From Chloroflexota bacterium (GTDB lineage Bacteria; Chloroflexota; UBA6077; CF-72): DNA of 64,000 nucleotides. A model generated the notes under the pieces. The model had not been told where the DNA came from, made no database searches, and saw nothing but the letters and a program-made list of their open reading frames with translations. Shown here piece by piece: positions 57,916 through 64,000 of the stretch (positions are counted from its first letter, which is position 1; every line of letters starts with the position of its first letter). Both the position numbers and the translations under genes were made by a program. The DNA lies in contig JAFAZN010000363.1 of NCBI GenBank assembly GCA_019239775.1, forward strand, positions 197-64,196. Reading direction: 5' to 3'.

Positions 57916-58068
57916 TTAGACCGAGCCGCCCAGCTTGCTGAGCAGGCTGCTCACCGCTGGTCCGAAGATGACGAGACCCGCGATAGCCAGGACGGCGACG
58001 AGGGCAATGATCAGGCCGTATTCGACCAGGCCCTGCGCCCGGTCCCGAGTCTGCTGCAACAGCTGCAT
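57916..58068 (-). CDS. Flp family type IVb pilin
   Basis: MQLLQQTRDRA-QGLVEYGLIIALVAVLAI...; 50 aa; SD GAGGAG upstream. Confidence 0.88.
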   Translation of the reverse strand: MQLLQQTRDRAQGLVEYGLIIALVAVLAIAGLVIFGPAVSSLLSKLGGSV

Positions 58069-58209
58069 GTCGAAAGCATCTCCTCAGAAGCTTTATCTCA
58101 ACTCTGGCCCCGCAGTGCGCGGGCCTATGTCCAGAATCGACCCGCTTATAAGCGGTCCTTACCCCCCATTTGGGGGACTGACGTCCTGAAAGGGCATGAC
58201 TTTGGTCCT

Positions 58210-59598
58210 GTGATGATGCGTTCAAGTGTTTCTGCCTGGTTGACCTTGTTTTCACTCAGCCTCGGCTACGGAGTAGTTCAACTCGACGTCACCATCGTCA
58301 ACGTGGCTCTGAACAGCATCGCCGCGAGCTACGGCGGAGCTGTCTCAGGTCTGCAATGGATCGTGAGCGCCTACACGCTGACGTTCGCGGCCGTAATCCT
58401 GACGGCCGGCGCCCTCGGCGACCGCATCGGCGCGCGGCGCATGTTCATGGCTGGTTTCGCTGTGTTTGGCGTTGCGTCTCTGGCATGCGCGCTGGCGCCC
58501 TCGTTAGGCGTGCTCATTGGCGCACGCTCGGTTCAGGGCCTGGCGGCCGCCATCCTGGTGCCGAACTCGTTGGCGCTGGTTAATCACACGTTCCCCGACG
58601 CTCGGGCGCGCGGGCGCGCCGTTGGAATATGGCTTGCTGGCGCGAGCCTGGCTCTCACGGCTGGTCCGGTGGTTGGCGGCGTGCTGATCGCATGGGTGGG
58701 CTGGCGCAGCATCTTTCTGGTCAACGTGCCGCTTTCCGTCATCGCTTTGTTGTTGGCGTGGCGGTATGCGCGCGAAACACCTGCCGATCTGCGACATGGT
58801 CTGGATCTGATTGGTCAGTTCACGGCAGTGGTTGCCCTGGGTAGTCTGGCAGCGGCACTGATTGGCGGCGGCGCACTTGGCTGGCGTGATCCGCTCGTGC
58901 TTGGCGGGTTCGTGCTCAGTGCGATCGCCGCGGCGCTGTTCGTTGGTATCGAGCAGCGCAGTCGCGACCCGATGCTGCCGCTCCAGCTGTTCCGCCGCCC
59001 GATGTTCAGCGTGACGGCGGCGAATGGCCTGCTCGTCAACATCACGTTTTATGGGCTGATCTTCGTGCTCAGCCTGTACTTCCAGCAGGTTGATCAGTGG
59101 TCGCCACTCTCGACTGGGCTGGCGTTTTTTCCAATGATGGCGATGGTGCTGCCGGCCAACCTGATTGCACCGCGCATCGCCGAGCGACTCGGCGCGGTGC
59201 CAACCATCGTTCTTGGTCAGGCGATTGCGCTAGTTGGTTTTCTGGCGCTGCTGGACCTACAGCCGGGCACCCCGTACTTGATGATCGGCCCGCAGATGCT
59301 AGCGATCGGCTTCGGACTGGGCCTCTTGGTCCCGCCGCTCACGTCGTCGCTGCTAGGCAGCGCGGATAAGCAGCACTCGGGCATCGCCTCAGGTGTGCTG
59401 AACTCGATGCGTCAAACCGGCAGCGTGATCGGCGTGGCCCTGTTCGGCTCCCTGATCGCCGCCACCAACGGCTTCGTCCCCGGTGCCCGCACCTCACTAG
59501 AAATCTCCGCTGGCATCCTGGTGCTCGGCATCCTGACCGTCCTGAGTGCCGGGGAGGGGATTCGAACCCCTATGCCCTTTTGGGGCCGCGGATTTTAA
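58210..59598 (+). CDS. DHA2-type MFS transporter whose 3' end reads into the tRNA antisense
   Basis: LDVTIVNVAL, GDRIG, GPVVGG, WRSIFLVNVP. Confidence 0.88.
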   Translation: MMMRSSVSAWLTLFSLSLGYGVVQLDVTIVNVALNSIAASYGGAVSGLQWIVSAYTLTFAAVILTAGALGDRIGARRMFMAGFAVFGVASLACALAPSLGVLIGARSVQGLAAAILVPNSLALVNHTFPDARARGRAVGIWLAGASLALTAGPVVGGVLIAWVGWRSIFLVNVPLSVIALLLAWRYARETPADLRHGLDLIGQFTAVVALGSLAAALIGGGALGWRDPLVLGGFVLSAIAAALFVGIEQRSRDPMLPLQLFRRPMFSVTAANGLLVNITFYGLIFVLSLYFQQVDQWSPLSTGLAFFPMMAMVLPANLIAPRIAERLGAVPTIVLGQAIALVGFLALLDLQPGTPYLMIGPQMLAIGFGLGLLVPPLTSSLLGSADKQHSGIASGVLNSMRQTGSVIGVALFGSLIAATNGFVPGARTSLEISAGILVLGILTVLSAGEGIRTPMPFWGRGF

Positions 59599-59632
59599 GT
59601 CCGCCGCGTCTGTCCAGTTTCGCCACCCCGGC
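59547..59632 (-). tRNA. tRNA-Leu(TAA)
   Basis: GCCGGGG...CCCCGGC-A acceptor stem; anticodon arm GCGGA-CTTAAAA-TCCGC; long variable arm; TTCGAAT. Confidence 0.95.
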
Positions 59633-59635
59633 GGG

Positions 59636-60898
59636 TCAGGCAACAGTGGGTGTGAGTATAGGTCTCGGCACGCGCACGAAGCGCAGCAGCAGCACTAGCG
59701 CGAGCACGATAGTGATGGCGAGCATCGCGAAGATGCCGCGGTAGCCGAAGCGCGGGAGAAAAACCTCGGCGGCCACCACCACGGACAATGGAATTGCGAC
59801 CGACTCGGCGGCCGCTTTCAGTCCCGCGAAAACGCCCGTTTTTTCGGGAGGAATCAGCGCGGTCAGCAGCGGCCAGCTGACCGCGGTGGCGGCGCCGTTG
59901 CCGACGCCGGCCACCAGCACAACCGCCGTGGTCTGCGGCAGGTCTATCACCACCACGCCAGCGATCGCGCTCACGGCCAACAGCGACCAGCCGATGGCCA
60001 TCACGCTGCGCGTGCCGATATGGTCCGCGAGGCGGCCGAACACGATCGCTCCAACCGCGGTGACCACCAGCAGCGCGGCCGAGAGACCGAAGGCGACCTG
60101 GTTGGTCTGGTGGATGTCCTCCACGACGAACAGAACCAGGTACGGCAGGATCGCGTTCAGGCCAAACTGGTAGACGAACAACGTGCCGAGATACCGCACC
60201 GCTTGGCGGTGCTCCAGCACCGCATCGACGTACGCACGCAGCGGTACGTGCTCACGCTCAGACACGGTCACAGGCTCGCGAACGCCGACGACGGTCACGC
60301 CGAAACTCACTAACAGCACGGCAGCAACGATGACGTACGTCCACAGGGGTACGGCGGCGCCCGAGGCAGTCGCGAGATAGATCACGAGCAAGAACGCCAC
60401 TGAGCTCACCAGCTGCACGCCTGTGCTCAGCCCCGACAGCCAACCACGATGCTCGAGCGGCACGATGTCGGCGAGCAACGCCGTGTACGGGTCAACCGCA
60501 ACATTGAAGAAAATAGAAAACAGAAAGATCACGATTGCGAGCGGCAACAAACTCGAGACGAACGCGCCCGCGATGAAAAACACCGCCGAAAGCGGAATGC
60601 CAACCAACATGAACGGACGTCGGCGCCCCACGGGCGTCCAAACGCGGTCGGATAGCGCCCCAATTGTTGGCTGAATAACGGCGCCTTCAATGCTGCGCGT
60701 ACTGGACAGCAAACCGATCAAGAGATCAGGCGCCCCGAACGACTTCAGAATGGGCGGGAGAACAAAGTTGTTGAATGCGTAAAAGGCGCCCGTGCCCACC
60801 GACGCGGACGCATAGAGCAGCGACAACGTCCGCGATGGCCCCGAAGTGCGATCCTTAGAGTCTCCTTCGATCACGTGCTGCTCTTGTGATCGGAGCAC
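59636..60898 (-). CDS. MFS transporter (sugar/glycoside type)
   Basis: QPTIGALSDR...GRRRPF, PYTALLAD, GRLADHIG. Confidence 0.88.
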   Translation of the reverse strand: MLRSQEQHVIEGDSKDRTSGPSRTLSLLYASASVGTGAFYAFNNFVLPPILKSFGAPDLLIGLLSSTRSIEGAVIQPTIGALSDRVWTPVGRRRPFMLVGIPLSAVFFIAGAFVSSLLPLAIVIFLFSIFFNVAVDPYTALLADIVPLEHRGWLSGLSTGVQLVSSVAFLLVIYLATASGAAVPLWTYVIVAAVLLVSFGVTVVGVREPVTVSEREHVPLRAYVDAVLEHRQAVRYLGTLFVYQFGLNAILPYLVLFVVEDIHQTNQVAFGLSAALLVVTAVGAIVFGRLADHIGTRSVMAIGWSLLAVSAIAGVVVIDLPQTTAVVLVAGVGNGAATAVSWPLLTALIPPEKTGVFAGLKAAAESVAIPLSVVVAAEVFLPRFGYRGIFAMLAITIVLALVLLLRFVRVPRPILTPTVA

Positions 60899-60922
60899 AG
60901 GTCACAATCACGTTTACGCATT

Positions 60923-62170
60923 GTGCCCCGGCGTCCGTTGATCGTCACGAGCATCTTTGGGCTAGCACTGCTTGCGCGGTTGCTGATCCTGGCATTTCGC
61001 TCGGATGATCTCCAAACCTGGGAGTACGAGACGCTGGCGGGAAATATTGCCAGCGGCAACGGCTATGTGATCACGCGGTTCGGCCACGATGTGCTGGCCT
61101 TTGGTGACGGCAACTTGTATTCGTTCCTGGCAGGTGCCGTCTACGCCGCGATCGGCCACATTCCATTGGCACTTGCAGTACTTCAGGCGGTAATCGCCTC
61201 ACTTGCGGCTCCGGTGCTGTACGTCATTGCCGAGCGGCCATTTGGATGGCAGCGCGCGTCGCTTGGCGCGGTACTGGCTGCACTTCATCCAGGGTTGCTT
61301 GCGTACACCTTGAAGTTGCATCCGCTCGGGCTCGACGTCTTGCTGCTCTCGTTGCTCACGTATTGGAGCTTGCAGCGGCAGTGGACGAAACGCGGCAGCC
61401 TCATGGCCGGGCTCACGCTGGGGCTCAATCTCATGAGCCGGCCGACCTACTTCTTCGCAGGCGTCGGTACCTGGTCGCTGCGTTGGATCAACCGGCGGGC
61501 AAATGGACGGTACCTGGCCGCGGCAGTTGCGATCGCGGTTGTCGTCGGGATGCCGTGGGTTGTTCGGAACTGGGCGCGCCTTGGTGAACCGCTGCTCATT
61601 TCGACCAGTTTCGAGGACGTGTGGAAGGGCAATAACGCCGCGGCCACAGGTTCGGGATTCGTCGCCCCTGGCATAACGGTGTTCGACGTCGCCTCACCCA
61701 CGCTACGCGCGCGCATCTTCCAGTCCGACGAGCTCCAGGTCAACAACATGTTCGCCGAAGAGACGTTGGAGTTCATCCAGCAGTCGCCCGACCAGTTCGC
61801 AAGTCTTGTCGTGCGCAAGTTCTTCTATTTCTGGTGGCTGCCGCAACAGGCAGGCGTGCTGTACCCCAGCACCTGGCTAGCGGCGTACCAGGTCTACGCG
61901 CTGGTAATCTTCGCATTCGCGGCGATTGGCGCGGCGGGGATTTTGCGCAACGGTACGTCGGATGAACGCAACCTGCTGTCGATGATCGTCTCGGTCGGGC
62001 TGCTGCTGGCGGTGGCGCACGCGCTGGCGTATGTCGAGGGAAGGCACCGCTGGGGCATCGAGCCGCTGGTCCTGCTGATCACGGCTCGCGGGGTCATGAC
62101 GGTCCTTAGCTCGCTTCGAGGCGCGAGTTGGCGTCAATGGCGCGAATTACGTCGAGCGAGCGAGACGTAG
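60923..62170 (+). CDS. ArnT/PMT-like (GT-C) membrane glycosyltransferase
   Basis: EY..LA.NI..G.GY, RP, PWVVRN, KGNN motifs; multiple TM segments. Confidence 0.75.
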   Translation: MPRRPLIVTSIFGLALLARLLILAFRSDDLQTWEYETLAGNIASGNGYVITRFGHDVLAFGDGNLYSFLAGAVYAAIGHIPLALAVLQAVIASLAAPVLYVIAERPFGWQRASLGAVLAALHPGLLAYTLKLHPLGLDVLLLSLLTYWSLQRQWTKRGSLMAGLTLGLNLMSRPTYFFAGVGTWSLRWINRRANGRYLAAAVAIAVVVGMPWVVRNWARLGEPLLISTSFEDVWKGNNAAATGSGFVAPGITVFDVASPTLRARIFQSDELQVNNMFAEETLEFIQQSPDQFASLVVRKFFYFWWLPQQAGVLYPSTWLAAYQVYALVIFAFAAIGAAGILRNGTSDERNLLSMIVSVGLLLAVAHALAYVEGRHRWGIEPLVLLITARGVMTVLSSLRGASWRQWRELRRASET

Positions 62171-62247
62171 CTGAGCACGATCACCGTGATGAGCAGCGCA
62201 GAATAGAACAAGCTCAGCCCGAGATCGACGGCCCCCAACGCCGGCAC
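62134..62247 (-). CDS. Putative 37-aa single-TM small protein
   Basis: GTG 6 nt after the cbiA stop: MPALGAVDLGLSLFYSALLITVIVLSYVSLARRNSRH. Confidence 0.4.
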   Translation of the reverse strand: MPALGAVDLGLSLFYSALLITVIVLSYVSLARRNSRH

Positions 62248-62253
62248 GACGGG

Positions 62254-63612
62254 TCAGCGTAGCACGCGGTCGCAGGCGGTGACGAAGCTCCTGGCTAGAG
62301 CGGGCGTGCCTGCGAAGTTCAAGTGGATGTAGGACGCCAAGGTGGAACCAATGCAAAAGCCTTCCAAGGCATCGCTGTCTGACAGGCGGTACGCGGCGAC
62401 CTGGGCAGTCGGCGCGTTGGCTACAGACCAGTGGAATTCGTGGCCGCGCACTCGCATGCCTTTCGGCATGAGTGGCGAAGAACGCAGCGACTCGACCTCC
62501 CGATAACCGATCGTCAGGGTTCGGCGCTGCATTCGCGAAGCCGCGGGCAGCACCCCAAACATCGGCAGGGTCTCACCTTCAAACGTGGTCAACGTCTGGC
62601 CCAGCGCCATCAGGCCGCCGCATTCGGCATAGAGCGGCATCTCGCGCGCGACATGCCCGCGAATGGCAGTGCGCATGGGCTGGTTGGCGGCCAGCTCGCG
62701 GGCGTAGAGCTCAGGAAATCCGCCACCGATGTAAACGCCTCGCGCATCTGACGGCAGCGCCACATCATCCAGCGGCGAAAACGGAACGACCTCAGCGCCG
62801 CAGTCGCGCAGCAGATCGATGGTGTCCTGGTAGTAGAAGCCGAAAGCGCGATCCTGCGCCACAGCGATGCGCGGCGCGCCATTGGCAACCGGCTGCGATT
62901 GCACCGCATTGGTGGTCAGGTCTGGCGCCTCATGCGCGATCCGCCACAGCGCCTCGAGATCGAACCGCTCATCGACTAGGGCCGCAAGACGCTCCAGCGC
63001 ACGCGTTGACATGGCGTGTTCGGACGCGGGCACGAGGCCAAGGTGGCGTTCTGGAACCGCAACTTCGGGATCCATGGGCAGGCTGCCAAGAACCGGCAGC
63101 CCGGTTGCAGCGCGGATCGCATCAGCGGTCGCCTGCAGATGGCCGGCGCTGCCAACTCGATTCAGAATCACGCCTCGCAGATCCACGCCGGGCTGCATAG
63201 CGCAGCAACCCAGAACCAGCGCCGCCGCCGTGCCGCTCATGGCCGCGACGTCTAACACCAGAATGACCGGGCACTGGAGCGTGCGCGCCAACTCGGCGGT
63301 GCTGCCCTGTTGGGTGGCGCCGATCCCGTCGTAGAGCCCCATGACGCCTTCGATCACCGCCAGGTCGGCTTCACGCATGCCACGCGCGAAGACGCCGCGT
63401 AAGGCGGCGTCGTCAAGCAGCCAGACGTCGAGATTGCGCGAGGGTCGGCCCGCCGCGAGTGCATGCAAACTGGGATCGATGTAGTCCGGGCCCGCTTTGA
63501 ATGGCGCAGGACGGCGCCCGCGGGTCCTGAGCGCGGCGAGCAGCCCGAGTGTGACGGTCGTTTTGCCGACGGAACTGTGCGTGCCTGCCAGAAGGAGCCG
63601 CGCGCTCACCAT
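62254..63612 (-). CDS. cbiA: Cobyrinate a,c-diamide synthase
   Basis: GKTTVT, FKAGPDYIDP, EGVMGLYDG, ERHLGL, AECGG, GHEFH. Confidence 0.94.
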   Translation of the reverse strand: MVSARLLLAGTHSSVGKTTVTLGLLAALRTRGRRPAPFKAGPDYIDPSLHALAAGRPSRNLDVWLLDDAALRGVFARGMREADLAVIEGVMGLYDGIGATQQGSTAELARTLQCPVILVLDVAAMSGTAAALVLGCCAMQPGVDLRGVILNRVGSAGHLQATADAIRAATGLPVLGSLPMDPEVAVPERHLGLVPASEHAMSTRALERLAALVDERFDLEALWRIAHEAPDLTTNAVQSQPVANGAPRIAVAQDRAFGFYYQDTIDLLRDCGAEVVPFSPLDDVALPSDARGVYIGGGFPELYARELAANQPMRTAIRGHVAREMPLYAECGGLMALGQTLTTFEGETLPMFGVLPAASRMQRRTLTIGYREVESLRSSPLMPKGMRVRGHEFHWSVANAPTAQVAAYRLSDSDALEGFCIGSTLASYIHLNFAGTPALARSFVTACDRVLR

Positions 63613-63627
63613 CTCGAACTTACATGT

Positions 63628-64000
63628 TCACGCGAGGGCTACGAGGTTGCGTTGGCGCAAGATCCGCCACACCCGCGTGGCAGTCCAGCCCTGGTCCATC
63701 TGCGGCGGCTGCTCGAGCCGGCGTGGCTGGCCGTCCGCGAAAGTCTCCACCACGGTCTCGTTGACGCGTATGACCCCATCCAGATCGCCGCGCAGGAACT
63801 CGGGGAAGGCGCCAATTTCCCTGCAGGCCGAAAGGATGCGGTCCTCGAGATCCGTGGCCGCGCGAGCGGCGCCGTGCCGTCGTAAGCCATCGGCGATGAC
63901 GCCCGTGTCCATTGGCCAGGACGAGCCGTTGTGGTACCCGCCTGGGCTGAAGCGCGCGGCGGTGGTGGACTTGGTGCGAATACCAGCGCAGCTGAGCAGA
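63628..64000 (-). CDS. Amylo-alpha-1,6-glucosidase / glycogen-debranching family protein, C-terminal part
   Basis: GIRT...YHNGSSWP.DT, FPEF, PQ..QGWT; start lies beyond the window. Confidence 0.7.
   Translation of the reverse strand, partial: LLSCAGIRTKSTTAARFSPGGYHNGSSWPMDTGVIADGLRRHGAARAATDLEDRILSACREIGAFPEFLRGDLDGVIRVNETVVETFADGQPRRLEQPPQMDQGWTATRVWRILRQRNLVALA

Overview
High-GC (roughly two-thirds G+C by eye) bacterial chromosome segment, most likely from a monoderm Chloroflexota-type organism (inference from gene content and style). It is densely coding, and I found no integrase, transposase or CRISPR array. Left to right it holds: two back-to-back caa3-type cytochrome c oxidase operons (one A2-type, one A1-type) with a CtaA-like gene and ctaG; a UDG and GT2/GT-C glycosyltransferases; a coproporphyrin-dependent heme operon (chdC-hemE-hemH-hemC-hemD-hemA-hemB-hemL); a glutaredoxin-PDZ selenoprotein hidden by an in-frame TGA with a SECIS-like hairpin; an unannotated ~230-nt structured RNA candidate; a MarR-associated MFS efflux system with a giant adaptor; tRNA-Arg(CCG); a PIM-like lipid cluster (two acyltransferases, pimA, pgsA); frameshifted prfB with hisHAF(IE); rplU-rpmA-rpmE; scpB; a second glycosylation cluster; an oxalate-oxidoreductase-like three-subunit 2-oxoacid:ferredoxin oxidoreductase with a FadR-type operator, CoA-transferase and crotonases; rpsF-ssb-rpsR with a duplicated leader RNA; two convergent Flp pilins missed by the ORF track; tRNA-Leu(TAA); MFS transporters; and cbiA. 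The most notable items are the selenoprotein, the structured RNA, the OOR-like enzyme locus, the paired A1/A2 oxidases and the duplicated S6:S18-type leader. All calls come from reading motifs and pairings by eye; no database searches were run.
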